A stretch of DNA of 64,000 nucleotides from Catajapyx aquilonaris (lineage: Eukaryota). Below the pieces are notes generated by a model. The model was not told the DNA's origin. It searched no databases and was given only the letters and a program-made list of their open reading frames with translations. The position numbers were made by a program, and so were the translations under genes. The DNA is taken from NCBI GenBank assembly GCA_000934665.2, contig KZ538322.1, positions 1-64,000 on the forward strand, given 5' to 3'. Numbering within the stretch: position 1 is the stretch's first letter; every line of letters starts with the position of its first letter. Positions 53,485-64,000 of this stretch are shown in pieces.

Positions 53485-55729
53485 TTTCCGTGACAATTGT
53501 GTCATTGACTCAAATGCTCCATAACTATGGCTCTTCTACAACATACTCGTAGATGGCACCACTCTAGTCCAGGATTGCGTGACGACACTTGTCCTCACGT
53601 TGTTCCCGTGAAATGGCACACCTGCAGCTTTTCTTCTCGCTCCTTTATAACAAGTGATCCTTCTTCCTCCACATTCTTCTTCCCGCTCTCTCACACTCTT
53701 GCTTGCCAACTTGTTACAGAATGAATGAAGGACGTGTGAGGGTGGGATTAACCAAAACTGGTCCTACACGTATGTACAGCATCCCCAGTCTTCTCCTCAT
53801 ACCCTGGGAGGACTTAGAAGGCAAAAAAGAATATATATGGGGAGAGGGTAGGGGGTAGCTGGTTGCACGTGTGAGTCTGTGCCCCAATCTATTTCTGCCC
53901 CATTCCATGCTCGGATGCCCGCCTTTCTTCCCTCTTCCTCTTTTCAAACTTCAGGTGGCCTCTACTCCACACCTTCGCAAACACTTTTTGCTAGTTCTCA
54001 CACTCAGTACTAACCAAGCACAGTATCTAAAAACCCAGTTCTAGCTACAGCTATTATACAAACAACCGATCAACAACCGGGTCTATGGAATATGACCGGC
54101 CCCAAGGTGGTCCCAGAGTGGTCTGGGTCAGTCCCACAGCTGCAGCACCTGCATTTTTCTTTTGGGTTCCCTTCCTCACCTGGGAATTTTGCTACTGGAT
54201 GAGAGAGAGCTGCTTCTTGTATTGTCCCACGCCCCGATCATGCGGACCCAAAAGCTTCTTAAATCCTGTAACCTTGCACGTGTTTAACTCGCCACACAAG
54301 GTTCACCAGAGCTTGCCTTTCAACCATGGAAAACGACAAGAGTAACAAAATCTGGCCAGTTATTGCTGTGGTATGTAGAAATGTGACACAAAAGGGCAGA
54401 AGATGGCCTGTGTTAATAAATTGGTAAACAACCAACAATAAAATACGGTACAAACTTTACAAAAAAAATACAATTCAGTCTTACTCTGCAATAAAAGCCT
54501 ATCTACCCTTATTTACTATTTATTTATGATTTATTGCATCCCATACAATATGTTCAAGTATGGTGAACGGTGGTAGGCCAGGTTGGGGCAACCCCGTGGG
54601 AACCTTATTTTAATACGGTGGAGCGTCGTGTTGAACACCCATCCATGGGTGTCCATCTGCCAAGCCGATCCCCTTGGGGACAAAAGCTGAAAAAAAATAT
54701 TAGTTAGCTGATGCAGGTGGAGGGGTGCACATCTGGCCTTTGATTGTTGGCACATATTGCACTTGGGATGAAACCTCCATTGATGCCTCCAGATGGCAAC
54801 TCCATATTGCAATCCAGCCAATTTTCACACCTGTCACCTGCTGCTTGGCTAGGACCGCTCATCACCAGCATACAATCTAAGCATCGAAAAAAAGAGCTGC
54901 TAGAAACGCCCTTGTAATTGCGTATAAGTGCAGGGTGGTACAGGAAGTGTTTCATATTACGTATTTTTTTGGTAAGGTATGTTACCAGACAGTTGAAATT
55001 AACTACGGAAACCTTGTTGGTTACATAGGACAATCGATTGCCAGTTCAAGCAAGAGGCAACTATAATATGTAATGTTGGACGATGTGACACCAAAGAACT
55101 GTCTGAGTGTCGCTGTAGTCTACATAGTGGTTACTTACCGTCGACGGCGCCTGACTTGTTGTGTAAACTGGTCAAAAAAATTTCTTTGAACTCACGTTAC
55201 TTTGGAATTTTCCTGCAAGATAGCAGACTATTTGCAACCAACATTGCACAGTCTACACACATGGTACGACACAAATCCAATGACAAATAGCGGTGCTTCC
55301 GACGCCCTGACACATTGTTATGTGTTCCGTAAGGGCGTCATAAACAATGAGCCGAATTTTTGGCACTCTCTGTACTCGCCTTGCATATCATTATTCAGAC
55401 CATTTGGGCTGGTAGGGTATATTTGACGCCATGTGCGTGGCTCGCCCCCTAGACTGCTAGACATATGCCAACCACCCCGACCACACTTATTTCATATGGC
55501 TATCTCTTTTCTGCTCCATCTGGGGCCCCAACTGCCCATCTTTCATCATATTTCTTGCTCCAGCCAAACACTGTAATTAAAATAACTCGCCCCTGAGACT
55601 GGCTCAGCGCCTGTTCTTATTCGCCTGGCGCCACAGCATCTTCTGCCGGAAACTACCACCCATCACAACGTATTTCCAACCGTACACCAGTCACCGGATA
55701 GGTGGTGATTGTTGTCCACCTCGAATCAC

Positions 55730-55745
55730 ATTATTGTTATTGTTA

Positions 55746-55777
<32 letters not shown>
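55730..55777. repeat. (ATT)n microsatellite, imperfect 5' part
   Basis: Trinucleotide run. Confidence 0.9.
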
Positions 55778-55778
<1 letters not shown>

Positions 55779-58063
55779 GGTGAAATTTGGTGTCATATTA
55801 CAATTCTTTAAATGCTCGAGGCTCATTTGGAGTAGGGCAAACTTGGGTGGCGACTTTATTGGCAAAGGGTGCGCTCACGCTGAAACCAATAGTAATCTTC
55901 GTGATTCACGTATTTGTTATCAGGTGCCAGCAACTTGATAAGTCGCTTCTCTGGTTCAGTAGCCTTGTAACTGATTCTATTATCGGTCGGACGACACAGT
56001 TTACGGTACGGGTTGTGAATTTTTATGCGCTACGCCCTAGGTTAGAAACAAAAGGCCGGCAGATTTTTCTTTTCTTTTTTTTTTGCATCCGGGTAGATTT
56101 TTGTATTGGACACGTGTCAGAGAGCATGTGCGCCGTACTGTATATCCTTAATGCATCTCATGTGCACGCTGACATATGATGGTCCGCAGTCTGGTGCCAT
56201 TTCTACGTCCCTATTGTATCGGCAAATATTATTCCATCACCTTGATTACCGCAAGGCTGTGGATTGCATGCACCCAAGTTGATCTGTCTGTCACTTGTGT
56301 TGACCCTAGATATCTCCAGCTCTATCTGACACCCCCTTAAGATGTCTACCCACCCGCACGTGTACTTGTCCAAATTTTCAAAAAAATATATATATCAAAA
56401 CAATGTCCGGGTGTGTTGCTTGCTACCAGTTGTTGCTTGACGTCAAATCACGAAACACCTGCCTATTGTTTCCCTCCAATGGAATTGCTTGTTAGAACAT
56501 GTCATTTGCATTGCTATCGGGACAGCTAAGTAAATTACCTGATCGGTGTGTTTGAATCTATTACAAAACTAGAAAATGGTGGTAGAGAAATAAGGAAAAA
56601 ATGTGGGTCGAAGTGGTAGCTGAACCTGGAAAAAGGTTTTGGACCATCTAGTCCATCCAGCCATCCGGAGAAAGTGGAACGTGAAAAGAGCCCTAGGAAT
56701 GGCCTCCAGGGTGGGCATGGAGGGAGGGGGGGGGGGGTGCCCCAAGGCCCTGCACTATCATTCTATCTACGACACAACTGCCAGCACTTGTTCTGTTCCT
56801 ATCCTATCACTATGGCGTATCAACCAATTTGATATGTTCCAACATGGATGGCTGCTGTCAAAGTAGCAAGCGTGGTAGCAAGTCAAAATTGGTTACAGCT
56901 GGTGCAGAGTCCATTCAGTCAAAAATTTGCAAATTTTCGAAAATATATATTTTTGACTGCATGAAATTCAAATTGCTAGAGGAAACAATATGGGGGGAAA
57001 GAAAATTAGCAGAGGTCATTGTAACTCTCATGGTTTATCTCTCGTGGCAACCAAAACGACACTTTACAATATACGGGTCGACATATCATACATGACAATA
57101 TGTTACACTGAACAGGTTCATTTCGACTGAAAGGTACGAGCAACATGCTATGTTACAGTTATCGTACATGCAAACTGTAGCTCATACACTCAAGAAATAT
57201 ACATCATGACTATACATTTGTACAGCGAATCACAGACAAGCCTAACCTAATCATGATAAACTTTTAAACGTAAAAATATAAAACTGAGGAAATGAAAAGA
57301 AACCCCTGGTTTTTTTGTGACATGGTGTAATCGCATATCTCCCTAATTGTGCAAGTGCAGAAAAATTAATCGTATAACCCGTTGAAAAATTGCAACAAAG
57401 AGCAGGTACTAACAAAACCAAATCCCCTCAGGCAGTAACTCTCAAAATAAACAAATGCTAAAATCCCAAATTTTCTAGAACCATACTGTGCATTCATGTG
57501 ACCATCTCAGATCCACTTCCCAAACAGTCCCAAGAGATCAAATTTTTATGAATAACACTTTGTTCGCGTCAAGAAATAATAATCATACACAAAAAAAAGA
57601 ACTGGTAAATAAGTAACCCGAGCCATTTGTCCTTTAAAAAAAAAACAGCCCCGACAGGCATCAGGTTGAAAACTGCCACTTTTGGACAAATGCGTCAAAT
57701 ACACTGTTTCAATACGAATCATAAACCATGTTAGTTTGGGTTCATGACTAGTGCCTATATAACGTGATTTTCACCAGTTAGTCATCAAAGGGTCCACATA
57801 TTTTTTTTTCTTCTCTTTTCTTCCATCAGTCTTTGAGTGTTTTTTTTTATATAGTCGATCTTCTTCACAACAAGTGCACAAAATCTTGAAATTTTGGTCT
57901 TGGGGAGAGACGTCAACCAGCTGGTTTTCCGCTGAGATCACCAAAACGAACGGGTTGCAAGGACCGGGATTACAGCTGGGAGAAGTCACCTGCTGGTCTT
58001 GTTGGTTTCTTCGGGATTTGGTACTGGGGGAAACAAAAGTCCACACTGGTCCTTTCCACCCCA

Positions 58064-58117
58064 TTAGCATGGCACCGGTCGCGTGTCCATCTCATCCTCC
58101 TTTTCCGCCGGACTCGG
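58064..58117 (-). CDS. emc: emc exon 2 coding part
   Basis: Acceptor TGTCTTGTTTTCAG|; [20 protein letters not shown]. Confidence 0.85.
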   Translation of the reverse strand, partial: PSPAEKEDEMDTRPVPC

Positions 58118-58569
58118 CTGAAAACAAGACAATGCAACGCTGTAGGTACCTTCACTTGACCCACTTTACATGCAGGTGTGCGTCCCTGGGATAGCCTCGG
58201 ACCCAAACTCACCTCTGTGATCAGTGCATTGGGGGTTGCGATGACTCCCAGGGGCTGTCGACTAGCAGTTGCCTGGGGCTGACCCTGTGGACATTTTCCT
58301 GTAGCCGCAGTAGCCGCCGCAGCCGCCGCTGCAGCTGCCGGATGCGTCTCCAACGCATACTGTAGATCGCATATGTAGTCGATCACATACTGGATCACCT
58401 CCAGTTTGCTCAGCTTCCGGTTCTTCGGCATAAACGGCACCAGTTCCTTCAGCTTGGTCAAATATGTTTGAATCTCCTCGTTCTCCACCTCCTTACTCCC
58501 TCTCTTATGCACACGTCCGGCCAGTACAGCAGCCATACCGGAAGAAGATGACTCCACCTGAGACTTCAT
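58064..58569 (-). CDS. emc: Protein extra-macrochaetae / Id-family HLH inhibitor (no basic region); 2 exons 58569-58213 and 58117-58064; 136 aa
   Basis: [39 protein letters not shown] is the diagnostic emc/Id HLH, followed by a poly-Ala run and the SRQPLG motif. A 95-nt phase-0 intron (GAG|GTGAGT...TTTTCAG|CCG) gives the C-terminus [17 protein letters not shown], typical of emc/Id ends. Confidence 0.95.
58213..58569 (-). CDS. emc: emc exon 1 (HLH domain)
   Basis: ATG at 58569 ([11 protein letters not shown]...), 119 codons to donor GTGAGT at 58212. Confidence 0.95.
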
Positions 58570-58647
58570 ATCCAACACTATAATCCGCACAACCACACAG
58601 CAACAACTCCAACACTAGTGTGTGCGGCCGGTAGGGCGGTGCTACTC

Positions 58648-58720
58648 TTTTATACCCCCAAACCACGCCCCCTGCTGCCATCCGATTGGCCAACGACGCT
58701 CAACCTCTACACGCTGATTG
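58648..58720 (-). promoter_or_regulatory. emc core promoter: TATA box (TATAAAA, 58654-58648), GC/KLF box (GGGGCGTGG) and two CCAAT boxes
   Basis: Minus-strand GGGGTATAAAAGAG about 80 nt upstream of the ATG; CCAAT at 58689-58685 and 58720-58716; canonical spacing. Confidence 0.75.
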
Positions 58721-58894
58721 GTCCTTCTCATTGCAAGCTGCAACTGCATACCTGCACCCCGGGAAAATTATGAAATGCGTTTGAAAAATTAGGGAGGGGG
58801 AAGCAGCTGACCATTTTTTAAGCCCACCTGGCTTTTGACACCGACCCTTTTTTTTATTTTAAAAAAAGGACCGGGTCCAGATGGGAAACCGTCC

Positions 58895-58902
58895 CGTGAG
58901 AA
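58895..58902 (+). promoter_or_regulatory. Su(H)/CSL consensus site CGTGAGAA about 240 bp upstream of the emc TATA box
   Basis: Exact YGTGRGAA match; emc is a known Notch target in Drosophila; function here is inferred. Confidence 0.4.
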
Positions 58903-59150
58903 CAGCATCCTTGTTGCAGCCTCCCTTCTCTCTTATTTTTTTTTTTCTAGTCTAAACACTTGACACAGGCAGGCCCAGAAAACAGGCCTTTCTCTTGTTC
59001 TGCCACGCTGCCCAAATTGGCGCCGCAACGACGCCCCGCTTCCAGACATGCCCTTCGCGCTTTCCTTTTACATCCCAAACCTGATTTGGTTAGGACAACT
59101 AGATTCCAAATTGTGCAAAATCCGGACTTCCAGAAAGATGCATCCGGTTG

Positions 59151-59354
59151 CTATAACACGCAAAAAGATTGTCGCACTGTATCCATGTAGTGTCCGCGAC
59201 TTGTTGTTTATCCTGGGCATTGCCAGGCATATTTGGCGATATATATTAGTATATAGCGATATATTCACTAAAATATCGCCAAATATGCCCAGGATAAACA
59301 ACAAGTCGCGGACACTACATGGATACAGTGCGACAATATTTTTGGGTGTCATAG
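59151..59354. mobile_element. Hairpin MITE about 0.5 kb upstream of the emc TATA box
   Basis: ATTGTCGCACTGTATCCATGTAGTGTCCGCGACTTGTTGTTTATCCTGGGCAT and its perfect reverse complement. Confidence 0.85.
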
Positions 59355-59920
59355 TACAGTCCTGGACATTAACCCTGGAACCGTGACGTAGGGTCTTTTA
59401 GGACCCCAAAGGAATTAAAATGCATTAAAATGATAATTACAATGAACTTGTGCCATTTTTAAAAGTAACAGGGAGTGCATGTTTATTTTGAATTAGCGAT
59501 CATTTTAGGCATTGTTCAAAGAATGATTGCATATAGTCAATACATTGAAAAGTAGCCTATTATATAAAAACTAATAACAATTAAAATATGGTTGGGGTCC
59601 TAAACGACCCCACGTCACGGTTGCCGTAACTTTCAGGCACGTCACGGTTCCAGGGTTAATTCCGTCATACTGCTAGCGACATTTTCCAATGCGGCAGACG
59701 TGCAAATCGAAGTGATAGCGTGCGAGCCGTGCTAGTAAGAAATGGTAGCCCTTGGGTGACATCACTGGCTGGGGATAAGCCTTTTCTCCATTGCCTCCCA
59801 GCCGGTGACGTCACTCAATGCCTACCTCTTCTTACTCGCACGGTTCACACTCTTATCACTTCGATTTGCACTTCAGAAAATGTCGCAAGCAATATGCCGC
59901 GATTAATGTCCAACATTGTA
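59355..59920. mobile_element. TA-ended hairpin MITE whose left arm is split by a piggyBac-like MITE
   Basis: Left TACAGTCCTGGACATTAA[insert]TTCCGTCATACTGCTAGCGACATTTTC pairs with right GAAAATGTCGCAAGCAATATGCCGCGATTAATGTCCAACATTGTA. Confidence 0.7.
59373..59655. mobile_element. piggyBac-like MITE (TTAA TSD), second copy
   Basis: TTAA|CCCTGGAACCGTG...CACGGTTCCAGGG|TTAA; aligns in reverse to 8569-8851. Confidence 0.85.
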
Positions 59921-62519
59921 CCACCAATATTCAAAATTGGTATATGGCCGTTTTTGTACGGGTACAACAAAGAGCTACTGGGTCGCACGTGCAGTCTGTC
60001 CTCGGATGGTTTTAGTGCACCGTGTTTCTGAAAGCCGAGAGTTTTATAACCGTCGGGGCAATGGAGTTGTAGGCCTAATAAACAAGTGTCCAGGCCACTG
60101 AAATAGCGGTGGGCCAAGGAGGCTGGAAGGGAACCCATAGGCTTGGGAGGGTTTATGACCGGTGTTGACGGCAGGGGGGTTTGAAACTTGGCTGTGGTCC
60201 ACCCGGTACACAAAAGCTTCAAACTGGCCCGAAGGAGCGGGAATGAGTTGGGACCAATCCGATTTAGAAGGGATGTGTGATGGGACCCTGGAGACTTGCA
60301 GCCACTTGACCTGTTTGATTGCTGGCTTCCGTCCTTTTGCCCCCTCTGATTGAGGACAGCTGCATGATTCTCTTCCTGGGGCTTGACTTGCCCACCACCA
60401 TGCCGACAGTGTTGTAAAAGTAGCGTTTGTAACGTCCACTTTCTAAAGATGGATAGCTTTTTGGCGTATTTCCTCTAGAAAGGGGAGGGGGGGGGGTCAG
60501 AGTTGAGGCGAAACCCAGCTTTCTAGTCTGGATTCTGATTGTTTGAACCACTGCCAAAATTGCGCAGAATTTCGCCACATTAATTTGTTCACAATTTTTA
60601 AAATAATTGCCAAATATTCAAAATATTTACTATAATATGAAAATTAAAATAATACTAAATACTTTTCGTTTCACCCAAAGTGTCACCAAAGTATCACCCA
60701 AAGTATCACCATGAAATGTAAAGCATTTGAATAAGTTAGACACCCTGTAGGCATAGGGTTTATCAACGGCCATCTGTCAGACTACATTGTTGCGCGGTAT
60801 TCACGTAACAGCATCATTGCAGTGACGGAGCGTCATACATACGGTAATTTACCCCTATTCATTTACCACTTACGGTCGGGGGGTAAAAGGTACAAGGTCA
60901 TCTGACCACCATGCCACTTGTGACATACTGCATGTTATTCACACGTGTGCATATATACGCTGCAATATCGGCTTTCTCAGGTTCGTGTCGAAGAATTTGA
61001 CTCCGCTTTTGTGTTACGGCTAATGTATGCCTCAGGATGTATCCATCATGTCTTATACATGCCAATACATGAATCATTCAAGTCTGACTAACTATACTAG
61101 TGGCAAACCGATTCTGCGTCAGAATGTCCATAAATGTCAAATTGATAGCCTCTTGTCTAGACATTGTGAATAACCACTCATCATTTTTGTCCATCTCCTA
61201 TTGGTAAGTCCAGCAACACTTAACTCTGATAAAAGGGTAGTCTCTGGCTCCACTCCAAAAAAAAAAAAATTAAGTTAATTCGATTAGGACCAATTGAAAT
61301 GAGGAAACCAGTTGGCAGGAAGTTCGGTTCGCTACACAAGGAAATGTCCGGAATCATTGTTTCACCGTGATTGCAATGTTGACATTCCATATTTTTTTGT
61401 GCGCTCCCAAAAAATGGGTGGTAAATAGTTAGAAAGGGCGGTTGCAGGTGTGTGGTGGAAGTTGGATGGACTCTTGCGGGTTTTGCAGGTGGAGCCAGAT
61501 GAGGTAGGGGTAGGTTTCTCCCCCCCCCCCCCCCCNCATTTTACCCCCCTTCCCAATTGCCTTGCCCCAGGCCACAGCTCGTCAAGGGCGCTTTGCTGGA
61601 CTGGGTGGGTGGGTGGAACATAAGGGGGGGATAGTAAAGAAAGAAAAAAAAGGAGTTGGGAGAGCCGTGGGAATTTCCACTCGGGGGACGAGATAATGAC
61701 GCAGCCGGCCTACAAGCAGCCATCTGCTGAATGAGGGACTGGCTTACTATGTCCATCGTACTATTTTAGCAAAAATCAGAGCAAAAATCAGTGGCAAGTG
61801 TAGCGTGTCTGAGGATACTCCCATAATGTCAAATGGTGGATCAAAGGGCTTCCGGGAAGAGACTGGGGGGTACAGTCCGGAACAAAAAAATTTAGAGATG
61901 TAAAAGTGGGGCTAGACGTCATGTGTGTGTCGCAATTGGTTGACACATGCACATCGGTATTCATGCCCGCCCTCAACCAGGTGTGAATAAGAACAGGCTA
62001 AAAAAAGGGCAAGCTTTGCAGGTGTGAGAGATATTACTTTGCACTGCTTGAAGGAGGTTGAGTCATGAAATCCTCAGATTTTTTCCTAGTTTCTTTTATT
62101 TTGATCTCTCTCTTTTTTTTGCGGATCACCTGCTGGAGGGGGTTTGTTGCGGCGGAAAAGGTGGTGTTGCAACACACACTAGGATCGTTTCGCATGAGAG
62201 GTACACCAAGGCTGCAGGCAGGAAGGGGAAAAACGGCCAGGATGTGCACTTGAACTGTGAAACGAGTGATAAAAAATAGTAGTGAATGAATATTCTGCGC
62301 TTCTTCGTTTGCAGGAGAAAAATTTAGTGAATGAATATAGTGTGAGTGAATGAAATACAAAATGAGCCAAACCCTTTGTGTAATCTAATAATGCTTATCT
62401 TGACCAGATTGCGACAGAGTTTCTACCTCGAGTGAACTTGCGAACTGAGATAGACTCTCAATGCGATTGTTACTCCCAAAGACGCTTTGTCACCAGAAGC
62501 CAGTGACCCAATATTTATA

Positions 62520-63480
62520 GCCTGTCAAGGACATTGACGTAAAACCTCCACTATTTTTTTTGTACTGTTTGCGCACAGTTTGCCAATCTTGAAACAAACG
62601 TAGAGTTGATGAAGGCATCCGAAGGAAAGAGGTCTAGAGGCCAGGCCAAGGGTGGCCCTGATAAGTCGCATAAGCCATAAACGGAACAACTCGTATGTAT
62701 TAGAGTCACTTAGGCAGCCGTCCAAACAATTTGAATGCTGATAGCGGCCTGCATACACACAACGCAGCCAAGCTTCGTTGATGCCACTTGTCTCAAGTGC
62801 TTCAACTCATTCGTCATGCACGGATTGAGCAACAGGTGCACCTCCACCCCCGCACCAAGTTTCTTTACCAATAGCAGCCTGTGATTCTTCCAGCATAGGC
62901 AGTGGGGCCAATCACAATCCCGGATACAAGCCTGGATGTGCTTCCATAGGTCCAAAGTTGTCGATCTGAGACAGTTTCCCATGGCTGCTTGGAGGTGCAG
63001 GTGGTGCTTATATGACCCACATGGCGCAACCAGACTGCTAATGCAATAATGGGGCCGAGGAGAACCCACGCTAATTGACATCCCACATGCTCACTGACAA
63101 TGGAGCAGCACTGCAACCCATACTGTTTCTCATACCATGATGCGGAGTCTGCACGGACACCTGCATTTCCTTGCGTAATGAGGTGAGAATGGTTGGGAAA
63201 GCGAGATAGCTCAATTAGCCATCGGGGCAGCTATCACTAGCGACCAGCGTGGAAAAGTAGCACAAGGGCCAGGGCAGGTAAGCAGCACCGGAGGAAAGGA
63301 AAAAGACGGGCTATCTGAACCGTGTATCCCAGCCAGGGATCGTGAGCGAGTGAGTGGCCCAGGTCGTCCTGTGGATGATCCCAAGGGCATCCATGACAGG
63401 ATTCGTGACTGGTTCAAGCCCAGGGCATCACATCTGCACACATTCGTGCATGCAAAAAAAACGACAGCAATTGCCCAAAA
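62520..63480 (-). pseudogene. Third decayed, internally deleted DUF6729-type transposase relic
   Basis: Minus-strand motifs in order: RILSWMP (~63400), YLAFPTILT..HGMRNS (~63200-63125), TLDLWKHIQACIRDC (~62950), HSNCLDGCLSD (~62730), FGCLHQ. Confidence 0.45.
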
Positions 63481-64000
63481 CAAACTTGGCGGAGAAATAA
63501 CCTAGTCAGGGATGAATCCTTGTCTAGTCTTGTGGTCATTATAGTGGATGTGCATTGCACATTGTTGTTTTACGGCTGCCAGGGAGTTCAAGCGGACAAG
63601 GAGGTTTACATGTCGCAAAATGGCATTTATGTCAGATTGCATCATATGATGAGCCATTTTGTAGTCTCTTATAGTCACCTGTGTTCTCGTACATTTTGTG
63701 TGTGTGTGACATAGCAGTTGGTCGGTTGAGACACAAAATTATCAGTTATAAATTTTTGTTCATAGTACCATTTGTCACACCTACCTACAGACCACTAGTC
63801 GAATATTTTGATCCTGCAATTGGCACGTCTTAGGGGGAAGCACCCTATTCAAACGTGGGAACACCCGGGCACATCTTGTTAAAAGGAAGAGAGAAAAAAA
63901 GAAAGAAAAAAGTTACCTAACCTGCTTAAACATAACATACCCACATGGCTTAACCGACCAAATGTGGAGTTTTGTCAATCTAACGAGTGTCACCCGCCTA

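Noticed and set aside
57970..58596. 208-aa unspliced ORF as the emc protein
   Set aside because: It starts at a non-ATG codon and reads through a canonical 95-nt intron; the spliced form gives the typical emc C-terminus
59018..59048. GGCGCC/GACGCC plus CAGAC near the emc promoter as a canonical BMP silencer/response element
   Set aside because: Spacing and orientation do not match GRCGNC-N5-GTCT; insufficient support
59845..60578. Overlapping minus-strand ORFs as a gene
   Set aside because: No recognisable domain or splice structure; possibly decayed TE sequence

Overview
Eukaryotic (metazoan, probably arthropod, judging by the emc HLH sequence) genomic DNA with small assembly gaps at poly-G/poly-C tracts. 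Two spliced genes can be reconstructed, and they converge tail-to-tail about 53 kb apart. One is a 5-exon PGPG-repeat ciliary/sperm-tail protein resembling CIMAP2/LEXM (+, 3506-5195, ~415 aa). The other is the 2-exon HLH inhibitor extramacrochaetae/Id (-, 58569-58064, 136 aa), with TATA, GC and CCAAT promoter elements. The rest is a gene-poor interval that carries several dense E-box, Su(H) and Smad-like motif clusters (candidate emc enhancers) and many mobile elements. These include many hairpin-forming MITEs (Tc1/mariner-, piggyBac-, PIF/Harbinger-, hAT/P-like, several nested), a tRNA-derived SINE with a 13-bp TSD and a deleted Sola-like element. There are also three heavily decayed minus-strand relics that resemble the poorly described DUF6729-type DDE transposases. 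Other notable structures are a 489-bp palindrome built around a MITE, directly visible TA-site footprints (TA->TAGCCTA, TA->TACGTA) and one 303-codon orphan ORF. I found no clear intact novel multi-gene system. Family assignments rest on motifs recalled from memory, not on database searches.
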